A stretch of DNA of 57,746 nucleotides, taken from positions 1-57,746 of the forward strand of contig CAZFME010000003.1 in assembly GCA_964520055.1 (NCBI GenBank). Reading direction: 5' to 3'. Below are positions 36,186-45,236 of this stretch, piece after piece. The notes under the pieces are model-generated. The model was not told the DNA's origin. It saw only the letters and a program-made list of their open reading frames with translations, and did not search any database. Origin of the DNA: an uncultured Clostridia bacterium. GTDB taxonomy: Bacteria > Bacillota > Thermosediminibacteria > Thermosediminibacterales > Tepidanaerobacteraceae. Both the position numbers and the translations under genes were made by a program. Position 1 is the first letter of the stretch, and each line of letters starts with the position of its first letter.

Positions 36186-36647
36186 ATGGTCAAAGTAAAA
36201 CTTGGTGATGATATACTTCAAAGTAAAATAAGATTTAAAGTTAGGTTTGATTTCAAGGGGGAATATAAACCAGGGAGGTTTTTATTTGGCGGAAAGTCCA
36301 TAGAACAGGTAGCTCAGGAATCCCGAGAGGAACAAATAGCCTTGCTAAAAAATATACCAGTTCAAGGGGTTTCCTTTATAGACTATGATATTTCATTGGA
36401 ACCTTATGTGGTTTATGATGAATCCGTGGGTGAAAAAGTGGCTTATGCTCCAGCAGAGATTACTCTGAATGCAGACTCAGTAGAAGATATTGTTCGTTTC
36501 GTAATGAGGGAAGAGTTTCGAAAGCTGGAAATCTTGGAACCGTCCCAAATGCTTGTTACAAACAATGATTTGGAAAGAATACTATTTAGAATGAATGAAG
36601 AACTAAGAAGTCAACTTTTGCTTTTATCAAGAAAAATAAAGCGATAA
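36186..36647 (+). CDS. Hypothetical protein (153 aa)
   Basis: GGAGGG (36173-36178) supports ATG 36186 (track start 36165 overlaps the ABC stop). No motif recognised. Confidence 0.5.
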   Translation: MVKVKLGDDILQSKIRFKVRFDFKGEYKPGRFLFGGKSIEQVAQESREEQIALLKNIPVQGVSFIDYDISLEPYVVYDESVGEKVAYAPAEITLNADSVEDIVRFVMREEFRKLEILEPSQMLVTNNDLERILFRMNEELRSQLLLLSRKIKR

Positions 36648-36666
36648 TGGATAACGGGATGATAAA

Positions 36667-37902
36667 ATGATAAAAAATATTGCTGTCGTAGGCGGTGGTG
36701 CTGCAGGTATGATGGCAGCTTACCAAGCCGCTGCCCATGGAGCAAGGGTTTATCTTTTTGAGAGGAACCCTAATCTAGGAAGAAAAATACTGATTTCCGG
36801 AAAAGGTCGATGCAATTTAACAAATATTAAGGAGTTAAATGAATTTATTGCCCATATTCCAGGTAATGGAAAATTTCTATACAGTTCACTTGTAACATTT
36901 TCCAATAGAGATCTAATAGTCTTTTTTGAAAAACTAGGAGTTAAAACAAAGGTTGAGCGGGGCGGCAGAGTATTCCCTGAATCTGATAGTTCCCTGGATG
37001 TCGTAAAAGCTCTTCAGAAAGCGATAATTGATTCGGGCGTCAATATTGTATATAAAAGCCGTATAAAGGGTTTTATCGTTGAAGAAAAGCGAATCAGAGG
37101 CGTTATTTTTGGTGACACCTTTGAAAAAATTTATTGTGACAGTGTTATTGTAGCCACTGGAGGACTTTCGTATCCCGCTACCGGCTCCACCGGAGACGGA
37201 TATGAACTTGCCCGTCAGATGGGTCATACAATTACAGAGCTTAAACCCTCTTTGGTTCCCTTGATATCTACGGAGCATTGGGTTAGAGAACTTCAAGGCC
37301 TTACTTTAAAAAATGTTGAAGCATCGGTATATGTCAAACACAAAAAGCTGGCCTCTGAATTTGGTGAAATGTTGTTTACCCATTATGGTATTTCCGGTCC
37401 CATTATTTTGACCTTAAGCAGATATATAATAGATAATCTTAACCACGATCCACGGGTTTCCGTAAATTTAAAACCAGCTTTAACGGAGCAGGAGATTGAT
37501 CAAAGATTACTTAAAGATTTTAGCCTATATAAAAATAAAATTTTTAAAAATTCTTTAAATGATTTGCTACCTAAAAAACTGATTCCGGTTTTTATCGATT
37601 ATACAGGAATTGATCCCCAAAAGCCTGTTAATCAAATATCCCGTAATGAAAGAAAAAGGATACTGGATTGTATGAGAACTTTTCAAACAACAATATCCGG
37701 ATGCAAAGAAAAGGAAGCAATAGTTACACGGGGGGGAGTATCTGTTAAAGAAATTAATCCTAAAACAATGGAATCAAAGAAAATTGCGGGATTATTTTTT
37801 GCCGGTGAAGTTATAGATATAGACGGATTAACCGGAGGGTACAATCTACAAGCGGCCTTTTCCACCGGCTTTGTTGCGGGGTATAATTCCGCTTCCAAAT
37901 AA
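36667..37902 (+). CDS. NAD(P)/FAD-dependent oxidoreductase, BaiN/HI0933 (YhiN) family
   Basis: IAVVGGGAAGMMAAYQAA, SGKGRCNLTN and C-terminal FFAGEVIDIDGLTGGYNLQ are hallmarks of this family. Confidence 0.8.
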   Translation: MIKNIAVVGGGAAGMMAAYQAAAHGARVYLFERNPNLGRKILISGKGRCNLTNIKELNEFIAHIPGNGKFLYSSLVTFSNRDLIVFFEKLGVKTKVERGGRVFPESDSSLDVVKALQKAIIDSGVNIVYKSRIKGFIVEEKRIRGVIFGDTFEKIYCDSVIVATGGLSYPATGSTGDGYELARQMGHTITELKPSLVPLISTEHWVRELQGLTLKNVEASVYVKHKKLASEFGEMLFTHYGISGPIILTLSRYIIDNLNHDPRVSVNLKPALTEQEIDQRLLKDFSLYKNKIFKNSLNDLLPKKLIPVFIDYTGIDPQKPVNQISRNERKRILDCMRTFQTTISGCKEKEAIVTRGGVSVKEINPKTMESKKIAGLFFAGEVIDIDGLTGGYNLQAAFSTGFVAGYNSASK

Positions 37903-37920
37903 AATAAGGAGGGGATCTAT

Positions 37921-38580
37921 TTGAATTTCAACGTTGCCATTGATGGCCCCGCAGGGGCAGGAAAGAGTACCGTTGCCAAAATAGTGGCCGATAAAATGAA
38001 TATGACTTATATTGATACAGGGGCTATGTATCGGGCTATTGCCTTGCTATCAATTAAATATGAAAAAAACAATATTGATGATATAATTAACTTAGCAAAA
38101 AAAGTCAAAATAGAAATACACGGGACGCGTATTTGTATCAACAGTAAAGATGTGACCAATGCCATCAGAGGCCTTGAAGTAACCAATAAGGTCTCTGAAA
38201 TAGCTAAGATACCTGAAATAAGGATTTTAATGACACGACTCCAACGACAAATGGCAAAAAGCAAAGGCATTGTAATGGATGGCCGGGATATCGGAACTAC
38301 TGTCTTGCCTGATGCAAAATACAAGTTTTATTTAACTGCCAATGTAAAAGAAAGAGCGGCTCGGAGGTATAAAGAATTGATCGAAGATGGACAAAAGGTT
38401 ACTTTGAAACAAATTGAAAAAGACATAATGCAAAGAGATCGCCAAGACAAGCAGCGGGCTTTTTCACCTTTGGCAGTGGCCAAAGATGCTATTATTATTG
38501 ATAACACACAAAAAACCATAATGCAAGTTGTAGAAGAGATATTAGATTGGATAAAAAGGGGGGAAAATATTGTTTTATAG
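37921..38580 (+). CDS. cmk: Cytidylate kinase
   Basis: IAIDGPAGAGKSTVAK P-loop, GAMYRA and DGRDIGT motifs. TTG start after AGGAGGGGA. Confidence 0.93.
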   Translation: MNFNVAIDGPAGAGKSTVAKIVADKMNMTYIDTGAMYRAIALLSIKYEKNNIDDIINLAKKVKIEIHGTRICINSKDVTNAIRGLEVTNKVSEIAKIPEIRILMTRLQRQMAKSKGIVMDGRDIGTTVLPDAKYKFYLTANVKERAARRYKELIEDGQKVTLKQIEKDIMQRDRQDKQRAFSPLAVAKDAIIIDNTQKTIMQVVEEILDWIKRGENIVL

Positions 38581-39160
38581 CATTATAAGGTTTTTCTGCA
38601 ACGCAGTTATTCATGTATTATTTAAAATCCGGCTGGAGGGTATCGATGATTTTCCAATGGATGGAGCCGTCATTGTATATTCCAACCATAAAAGCATGTG
38701 GGATCCGGTAATTATAGGCTGCCTTTCGAAAAGACCGATTTTTTTTATGGCAAAAGAAGAATTGTTTAGAAATTCTCTTATAGGATTTATTTTAAGAAAG
38801 TTATATGCATTCCCCGTAAAACGAGGAGTGCCTGATAGAAAAGCTATTAAAAGAGCTCTTGAAATTTTAAACGATAAACAAGTTTTGGGTATCTTCCCAG
38901 AAGGCACTCGAAGTAAAAATGGCAAGCTGCAGGAACCCGAATCCGGAGTTGCACTACTTGCTGCAAAAAGCAATGATGTAACAATGGCGCCTGTGGCAAT
39001 AAATGGTAATTATAAATGGTTCTCACGTATTGATGTGATATTTGGTAAACCGATAAAATTCGATGTATATCATCCAAAAGATGAGAGGCTTAATTCACAA
39101 GAATTAAAGGAAATTAGCATCGCTCTTTTTAATGAAGTATCAAAACTGATGCCATCATAA
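38570..39160 (+). CDS. plsC: 1-acyl-sn-glycerol-3-phosphate acyltransferase
   Basis: NHKSMWDP (HX4D) and FPEGTRS motifs. 196 aa. Confidence 0.85.
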   Translation: MFYSIIRFFCNAVIHVLFKIRLEGIDDFPMDGAVIVYSNHKSMWDPVIIGCLSKRPIFFMAKEELFRNSLIGFILRKLYAFPVKRGVPDRKAIKRALEILNDKQVLGIFPEGTRSKNGKLQEPESGVALLAAKSNDVTMAPVAINGNYKWFSRIDVIFGKPIKFDVYHPKDERLNSQELKEISIALFNEVSKLMPS

Positions 39161-39271
39161 TTTTTATATTAAAAGCAGGAATTATGAGTATCTTTATCGA
39201 ATTGAATTAAAGCTGGTCATTTAAACCCGAGAATCAATTCTTTTTATATGTTAATAATAATTTAATGGGAA

Positions 39272-41281
39272 GTGAAATATTTGGAGGTAATTATTGCCGA
39301 TCACTCGGGATTTTGTTTTGGTGTCAAAAAAGCCATGGAAACAGTAGAGAGGTTAATCGAAAAGAAACAAAGTGCCTCTACACTGGGTCCTATAATTCAT
39401 AATCCTCAAGTAGTTAAAAAATTGAAACGCTCCAGAATAGTTGCCACAGAATTACATGATATAAAAGAAGGCAATGTAATAATCAGGACACATGGTGTGG
39501 GGCCTGATATGATAAAGCAATTGGAATTACGGTCATTAAATATTATTGACTGTACATGCCCACTAGTAAAAAGAGTCCATAAATTAGCCCGTGAAATCTC
39601 AACAAAAGGCTACCTTACTATTATTATAGGTGATCATAATCATCCGGAAGTTGAGGGCATAAAAAGCTGGTGTAATGGTGATGTGAAAGTAATAGAAAGT
39701 GTAGAAGAAGCAAAAAATTTTTATACGAGTAAAAAAGTCGGTATAGTTGTACAGACTACACAAACTGAAGAAAATGTAAAAAAAATAATGGATATATTAC
39801 AGTCAAAACTGAATATTGATACTTTCCATAATACGAGGTGTAAAGCTACTTTGGAGCGGCAAAAATCAGCCGCTGCCGTGGCTGCCAACGTAGATACAAT
39901 GTTGGTAATTGGAGGCAAAAACAGCTCCAATACTAAAAAATTAGCTCAAGTTTGTCAGAATGTAGGGGTAAAAGTATACCATATTGAAACAGCAAAAGAA
40001 CTTAAAAAAGAATGGTTCAAACATATCGATAAAATTGGTATTACCGCAGGAGCTTCTACACCTGACTGGATTATAAAGGAGGTTATTTCTAAGATGGATG
40101 AACTTAATAAAGACATTGACAACCAAGAAATAGCAACAAACGAGGAAGAAGGTGAACTAAACTACGAAAACACTTTTGCTGATGTGAAAGAAGGTGCTAT
40201 TGTAGAAGGGATTGTAGCTAAGGTTGACAGTAATGAAATTTTAGTAGATATAGGATATAAGTCCGATGGTATTATCCCGATAAATGAACTTTCAAATGTA
40301 GCTTTCGAATCCCCAGGGGAAATTGTAGATGTTGGAGATAAAATACATGTTTATATTATAAAATTAGAGGATAAAAATGGCAATGTTATTCTTTCAAAGA
40401 AAAAAGCCGATGCAATGAATACATGGAATTTTATAGAGGAAACATACAATAATCAAAGTGATTTGGAAGGAGAAGTAATAGAGGTTGTAAAAGGTGGTGT
40501 GTTAGCAAACATCAACAGTATTAAGGGATTTATTCCTGCTTCACACTTAGATCTAAAATATGTCCCAGATTTGAGTGTATTTATAGGTCAAAAATTAAAA
40601 TTGCGTGTTCTTGAAATTGATAGTAAAAAGAATCGTGTAGTATTATCCCATAGACTTATACTTGAACGAGAAAGAGAAGAGTTAAAAGAAAAAACCTGGG
40701 CAACTATTGAAGAAGGTCAAACTATTAAAGGTGTGGTAAAAAGGTTAACTGATTTCGGGGCATTTGTGGATATCGGTGGTGTTGATGGTCTGATACACAT
40801 TTCAGATCTGGCATGGCATAAAATTAAACACCCTTCTGAAATAGTAAATGAGGAACAGGAAGTGGATGTGCTGGTTTTAAAAGTAGATAAGGAGCGAGGG
40901 CGCATTTCCCTTGGCTTAAAACAGACTATGCCTAATCCATGGGATGATTTGGACAAAAAATATAAAATTGGATCCATAATTGAGGGCAAAATCGTCAAAT
41001 TAGTAAGCTTTGGTGCTTTTATAGAAGTTGAACCAGGTGTTGAAGGCCTTGTTCACATTTCCCAAATATCTCAAGAACATATATCCAATCCAGGTGATGT
41101 TTTGACCACAGGAGATATTGTAAAAGTAAAGATTATGGACATAAATACAAAAGAAAAGAGAATGAGCCTCAGTATAAAAGAAGCTCAGGATGAGAATGAA
41201 AGTAATCAAGTATATGAAAAGTCCAAAGAAAACGGTGTAACTATCGGTGAAATGGTTGGGGATCTTTTTGATAAAAATTAA
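39272..41281 (+). CDS. ispH: Bifunctional IspH (HMBPP reductase) / ribosomal protein S1-repeat fusion
   Basis: aa 1-280 IspH (GFCFGVKKA, three conserved Cys, GGKNSSNT). aa 300-669 hold four S1 OB repeats (GxV..L..FGAFVDIGG.DGLIHISD). This fusion is known in Clostridia. The start could be TTG 39281. Confidence 0.9.
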   Translation: MKYLEVIIADHSGFCFGVKKAMETVERLIEKKQSASTLGPIIHNPQVVKKLKRSRIVATELHDIKEGNVIIRTHGVGPDMIKQLELRSLNIIDCTCPLVKRVHKLAREISTKGYLTIIIGDHNHPEVEGIKSWCNGDVKVIESVEEAKNFYTSKKVGIVVQTTQTEENVKKIMDILQSKLNIDTFHNTRCKATLERQKSAAAVAANVDTMLVIGGKNSSNTKKLAQVCQNVGVKVYHIETAKELKKEWFKHIDKIGITAGASTPDWIIKEVISKMDELNKDIDNQEIATNEEEGELNYENTFADVKEGAIVEGIVAKVDSNEILVDIGYKSDGIIPINELSNVAFESPGEIVDVGDKIHVYIIKLEDKNGNVILSKKKADAMNTWNFIEETYNNQSDLEGEVIEVVKGGVLANINSIKGFIPASHLDLKYVPDLSVFIGQKLKLRVLEIDSKKNRVVLSHRLILEREREELKEKTWATIEEGQTIKGVVKRLTDFGAFVDIGGVDGLIHISDLAWHKIKHPSEIVNEEQEVDVLVLKVDKERGRISLGLKQTMPNPWDDLDKKYKIGSIIEGKIVKLVSFGAFIEVEPGVEGLVHISQISQEHISNPGDVLTTGDIVKVKIMDINTKEKRMSLSIKEAQDENESNQVYEKSKENGVTIGEMVGDLFDKN

Positions 41282-41295
41282 AATATTTTAATGAC

Positions 41296-41320
41296 ATGGG
41301 GCGAATTCGCCCCATATTTT
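41296..41320 (+). terminator. Rho-independent terminator after ispH::S1
   Basis: ATGGGGCG-AATT-CGCCCCAT then ATTTT. Lies inside the track's extended idi ORF. Confidence 0.8.
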
Positions 41321-41344
41321 ATGTACAAAAGGAGTTTTATCCTT

Positions 41345-42388
41345 ATGAATGAAAAAAGAAAAGCTAGGAAGAAGGAACATATAAAATACAGTATGTTATT
41401 GAGAAAAAAGTTAAAAAGAAATCTCTTCGATGATATTACAATCCTGCATAACTGTCTGTCTGAAGTAAATTTAAATGATATCGATCTTTCAACTAATTTG
41501 CAAAGCATCAAACTTACAAGCCCGATAATTATAAATGCCATGACTGGTGGTATGAAAGAAGGTGAAAATATAAATCGTGAACTTGCTAAAATCGCAAAAC
41601 AATTAGGTCTTGCCATGGCTGTGGGTTCTCAAACAATAGCACTCGAAAATCCTAACAGTATTCGCAGTTTTAAAATTGCTAGAGAAATAAATCCAGACGG
41701 CATTATCTTTGCAAATTTGGGTGCCGATGCTACAGTGGAAGAAGCCGTTAAAGCCGTTGACATGATTGATGCAGATGCCCTGCAAATACATCTCAATACC
41801 CCACAAGAACTAATGATGAAAGAAGGGCGCAGAAACTTTGCGGGTATCCTTAATAATATTATAGAAATTATACGAAATATCGATGTTCCCATTATAGTAA
41901 AAGAGGTGGGATTTGGAATTGCCAGAGAAGAGGCTCTTACTCTTGCTAAAAATGGTGTGAAAATTATTGATGTTGGCGGGACCGGAGGTACCAATTTTAT
42001 TGCCATAGAAAACTTGAGAAGAAGATCACATGGGTTTGATTATTTCGGAAATTGGGGCATCCCGACTCCAATAAGTTTGATCGAAGTTGTAAATAATGTA
42101 GGGAATGGAATTGATGTTATTTCATCCGGTGGGCTTAATAATGGTCTCGATGCTGCAAAGTCACTGGCTCTTGGAGCAAAAGCAACGGCTTTTGCAGGAT
42201 GCTTTTTATATGTATTGCTTAAAGAAGGACCTTTATTTCTTGAAAAATATATATTACAAATAGAAAAAGAGATCAAATATGTTATGGCTATGGCCGGAGC
42301 TACAAATTTTCAGGAACTGAAACAACGACCCGTAATTATCCAAGGAAAAACATATCATTGGTTGAAATACCGAGGAATAAGCATATAA
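41345..42388 (+). CDS. fni: Type 2 isopentenyl-diphosphate delta-isomerase (FMN-dependent)
   Basis: TIM-barrel FMN motifs (INAMTGG, MAVGSQ, KEVGFG, DVGGTGGTNF, SGGL.NGLD). AAGGAG supports ATG 41345 rather than 41291. Confidence 0.88.
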   Translation: MNEKRKARKKEHIKYSMLLRKKLKRNLFDDITILHNCLSEVNLNDIDLSTNLQSIKLTSPIIINAMTGGMKEGENINRELAKIAKQLGLAMAVGSQTIALENPNSIRSFKIAREINPDGIIFANLGADATVEEAVKAVDMIDADALQIHLNTPQELMMKEGRRNFAGILNNIIEIIRNIDVPIIVKEVGFGIAREEALTLAKNGVKIIDVGGTGGTNFIAIENLRRRSHGFDYFGNWGIPTPISLIEVVNNVGNGIDVISSGGLNNGLDAAKSLALGAKATAFAGCFLYVLLKEGPLFLEKYILQIEKEIKYVMAMAGATNFQELKQRPVIIQGKTYHWLKYRGISI

Positions 42389-42414
42389 ACTGTGATTAAT
42401 CCATATCATATACG

Positions 42415-42469
42415 TTTGTCAAAGAATAATTCAGTATTCTATTGACAAACTATGATAATCTGCTACAAT
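42415..42469 (+). promoter_or_regulatory. speH promoter with overlapping inverted repeat
   Basis: TTGACA (42442-42447), 16 nt, TGCTACAAT (42461-42469). TTTGTCAAAGAATA (42415-42428) is mirrored by TATTCTATTGACAAA (42435-42449), which covers the -35. Confidence 0.45.
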
Positions 42470-42517
42470 TTAATTTGATTGAAATTAAATTAAAAGTGAG
42501 GGGGTATTGATGGACAA

Positions 42518-42892
42518 ATGAAAAACTTAGGCCGCCATATATTGGCGGAAATCTACGATTGCGATCCGGATATTCTAAACGACAGAGAATTAATCGAAGC
42601 AATTTTGGTCAAAGCAGCTTTAGAAGCAGGAGCTGAAGTAAGAGAGGTTGCGTTTCACAAATTTAGTCCTCAAGGAGTAAGCGGTGTAGTGGTTATTTCT
42701 GAATCGCACCTCGCCATCCATACCTGGCCTGAACTGGGATATGCCGCTGTTGACGTTTTCACCTGCGGTGACAGGGTAGATCCCTGGGATGCCTGTAACT
42801 ACATTTGCAACAGGCTCTGTTCAAGGCACATGGACGCAACGGAGGTTAAAAGGGGTTTGTTTGATATGCCCATCAAGGTGATAAATTCTTAA
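42518..42892 (+). CDS. speH: S-adenosylmethionine decarboxylase proenzyme (small, SpeH type)
   Basis: [11 protein letters not shown]... and the self-cleavage site [13 protein letters not shown]. 124 aa. Confidence 0.92.
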   Translation: MKNLGRHILAEIYDCDPDILNDRELIEAILVKAALEAGAEVREVAFHKFSPQGVSGVVVISESHLAIHTWPELGYAAVDVFTCGDRVDPWDACNYICNRLCSRHMDATEVKRGLFDMPIKVINS

Positions 42893-42943
42893 AGGTAGGA
42901 GATATTTTGAGTATTCAAAAATCCTTTGACTTTGATTATGTCT

Positions 42944-42990
42944 AGCAGAAAAAATGCGTGAGCATAAGTCGCGCATTTTTCTGCTTTCTT
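42944..42990 (+). terminator. Rho-independent terminator after speH
   Basis: AGCAGAAAAAATGCG / CGCATTTTTCTGCT (1-nt bulge) followed by TTCTTT. Confidence 0.75.
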
Positions 42991-43051
42991 TGTATAAAAA
43001 AAATATATATGGTTATATTATAATATCGAAGACCCCCTTTACATTTAGCCC

Positions 43052-43089
43052 CCATGATACATTTAAATTAATGTATCATGGATTTTTTT
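43052..43089 (+). terminator. Second, independent terminator-like hairpin 60 nt downstream
   Basis: CCATGATACATT (43052-43063) / AATGTATCATGG (43070-43081) followed by ATTTTTTT. Confidence 0.7.
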
Positions 43090-43128
43090 GTCCAATTTAG
43101 TTATAATTAGTCAAGGGGAGGTTGTGAT

Positions 43129-43935
43129 TTGAATTATAATGATTTTACGGTAGAAATAAAAAAGATGTGCAACATAGATTTATCAAATTACAAAGAAAAA
43201 CAAATGAAAAGGCGGATCGATTCTTTAATTAAAAGAAACGGTCATAAAAGCTATGATTCATATATAAAGCAATTAAAACAAAATGAACAGCATTTAAAGG
43301 AGTTTTTGGGGTATATTACTATTAACGTTTCGGAATTCTTTCGAAATCCTTCCCAATGGCAGATTTTAGAGCGGGAGATCATACCGGAATTGATATCAGA
43401 TAAAAAAAAGCTAAAGATATGGAGTTCTGCGTCTTCGACGGGGGAAGAGCCATATTCTATAGCTATGTTATTAAATAAAATGAGTATTATAAATAAAACA
43501 GAAATTATTGCCAGCGATATAGATAAAGATGCTCTAAAAAAAGCAAAACAGGGGATTTACTCAACGAAGGGAATTGCTAATGTCCCGGAGGAAATGATAA
43601 AAATTAATTTTCAAAAGGTAAACGATAAGTATATTATAAAAGATGAAATAAAGTCCATGGTAGATTTTAAAATAATAAATTTACTGGAAGATACCTTTCC
43701 CCGTGCATGTGATTTAATATTATGTAGAAATGTAATGATATATTTTACGGAAGAAACAAAGGATAAATTGTATAAGAAATTCTACAATGCTCTATCAGAT
43801 AGGGGTATATTTTTCGTAGGAAGCACGGAACAAATAATAATGCCACAGAAATACGGTTTTTTTAATCGCAAGAATTTTTTCTATCAAAAAACCATTAACA
43901 TAAATACCCAATTCAACAACACATATACTTCCTAG
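43129..43935 (+). CDS. cheR: Chemotaxis protein-glutamate O-methyltransferase CheR
   Basis: TINVSEFFRNP and IWSSASSTGEEPYSIAMLL (SAM site) motifs. No other che genes in the window. TTG start after AGGGGAGG. Confidence 0.88.
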   Translation: MNYNDFTVEIKKMCNIDLSNYKEKQMKRRIDSLIKRNGHKSYDSYIKQLKQNEQHLKEFLGYITINVSEFFRNPSQWQILEREIIPELISDKKKLKIWSSASSTGEEPYSIAMLLNKMSIINKTEIIASDIDKDALKKAKQGIYSTKGIANVPEEMIKINFQKVNDKYIIKDEIKSMVDFKIINLLEDTFPRACDLILCRNVMIYFTEETKDKLYKKFYNALSDRGIFFVGSTEQIIMPQKYGFFNRKNFFYQKTININTQFNNTYTS

Positions 43936-44198
43936 GAAAATTATACTTATGATTGAAATTTCCCGGGACATAGCAAAATTCGATAAACCTATAACATTTT
44001 TATGTATTATTATGCTCTGGTTTACATTTTGCGGTAACAGTATTGAGTTTATTCGATAATGTTTACATAATAATTTTGAGAAAGAGTTGATTTTAATTTA
44101 AAGCAAGCAGATCCATGATGTGAGTGAGACGCTCTTAAAGAATCGGGATATTGGCCTTCCGAATACGTAAAGATCTCAAAAAAATAGGGTTTATGGGC

Positions 44199-44227
44199 TT
44201 GACGAGAAAAAAAAAGTATTGTATACT
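44199..44227 (+). promoter_or_regulatory. Sigma-A promoter of the tRNA cluster
   Basis: TTGACG (44199-44204), 17 nt, TATACT (44222-44227). The first tRNA begins 14 nt downstream. Confidence 0.6.
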
Positions 44228-44240
44228 AATAATTGCGTTT

Positions 44241-44317
44241 GGGCCCATAGCTCAGTTGGTTAGAGCAACCGGCTCATAACCGGTTGGTCCTAGGTTCGAG
44301 TCCTAGTGGGCCCACCA
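44241..44317 (+). tRNA. tRNA with CAT anticodon (Met, or Ile2 if lysidine-modified)
   Basis: Cloverleaf: acceptor GGGCCCA/TGGGCCC, anticodon arm CCGGC-TCATAAC-CGG context, GGTTCGAGTCC T-loop, encoded CCA. Confidence 0.9.
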
Positions 44318-44323
44318 TTTTTT

Positions 44324-44399
44324 GCCGACGTAGCTCAGTTGGTAGAGCAGCTGATTTGTAATCAGCAGGTCGCGGGTTCGAGTCCCATCGTCGGCTCCA
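44324..44399 (+). tRNA. tRNA-Thr (TGT)
   Basis: Acceptor GCCGACG/CGTCGGC, anticodon stem GCTGA/TCAGC with loop TTTGTAA, GGTTCGAGTCC T-loop, CCA. Confidence 0.92.
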
Positions 44400-44409
44400 A
44401 AATAGTTTT

Positions 44410-44495
44410 GGAGAGGTTCCCGAGTTGGCCAAAGGGGGCAGACTGTAAATCTGCTGGCAGCGCCTTCGGTGGTTCGAATCCACCCCTCTCCACCA
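44410..44495 (+). tRNA. tRNA-Tyr (GTA), long variable arm
   Basis: Acceptor GGAGAGG/CCTCTCC, anticodon stem GCAGA/TCTGC with loop CTGTAAA, long extra arm, GGTTCGAATCC, CCA. Confidence 0.92.
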
Positions 44496-44510
44496 TTTTA
44501 ATTTCATCTT

Positions 44511-44586
44511 GGGCCATTAGCTCAGTTGGTAGAGCACCTGACTCTTAATCAGGGCGTCCCGGGTTCGAATCCCTGATGGCCCACCA
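44511..44586 (+). tRNA. tRNA-Lys (CTT)
   Basis: Acceptor GGGCCAT/ATGGCCC, anticodon stem CCTGA/TCAGG with loop CTCTTAA, GGTTCGAATCC, CCA. Confidence 0.92.
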
Positions 44587-44602
44587 TATAATGAAATAAG
44601 TT

Positions 44603-44642
44603 AACGGCATCTATGAAACAAGCCTAAAGATGTCGTTTTTTC
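44603..44642 (+). terminator. Terminator after the tRNA cluster
   Basis: AACGGCATCT / AGATGTCGTT (one G-U pair) with a 15-nt loop, followed by TTTTTCTGTTTT. Confidence 0.6.
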
Positions 44643-44909
44643 TGTTTTAAACCGAATTAGGATATACTATTATAGTAAAAAAGATATCGAACCTGGTAAT
44701 AATTGCTTATCGAGCTGATTAAAAGAAGACAATAATTGTAATTCTTGTAAATAGATTGGTAGCAGAAATTTAGGGATTTAATGCACGTTATTTATACGCC
44801 TCTCATAGTTTATGAACAAAGGCTTTTATCGAATAATTTGATTTAAATCCATGTAAGAAAGTTAAATCAACAATATTGTGTCGATAGCTAAAAGGGAGGC
44901 ATTATTGAA

Positions 44910-45236
44910 GTGAAAAAAAACTGCCGGTATTTGATAAAACACAACGACTATAAATCTCTGGATTCTTCCGGAAGTATTTATAAATGTGTTCTCTCAAATG
45001 CCCTACTCACTTCAACAGATTTAAAACAAAAATGGGCTTGTAGTGGATGTATTGTTCCGCAGGTTATGGAAACTAAACCTTGCAAATATATTATGCCTCA
45101 CAAATATTTTTCGATACGAGGCTCAAGTCATACCTGGTTCAGCTGTACATTATTAAATATAATCATGGATTCACCAGCAGAATTTTGTTATTCTAATTGT
45201 GTTATATATGAACAATTTTACATTGCAAAAAAATAA
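44910..45236 (+). CDS. Cys-rich hypothetical protein (108 aa)
   Basis: GTG start 11 nt after AAGGGAGG. 8 Cys including a CSGC pair. No family recognised. Confidence 0.4.
   Translation: MKKNCRYLIKHNDYKSLDSSGSIYKCVLSNALLTSTDLKQKWACSGCIVPQVMETKPCKYIMPHKYFSIRGSSHTWFSCTLLNIIMDSPAEFCYSNCVIYEQFYIAKK

Noticed and set aside
39272-41281. IspH-S1 fusion as an assembly or frameshift artefact
   Set aside because: The frame is continuous with a natural acidic linker, and the same fusion is known from other Clostridia.
44274-44548. Two ORF-track ORFs (77 aa minus, 80 aa plus) across the tRNA cluster
   Set aside because: They coincide exactly with four well-formed tRNA cloverleaves. They have no SD and their GC-rich open frames are a by-product of the tRNA sequence.
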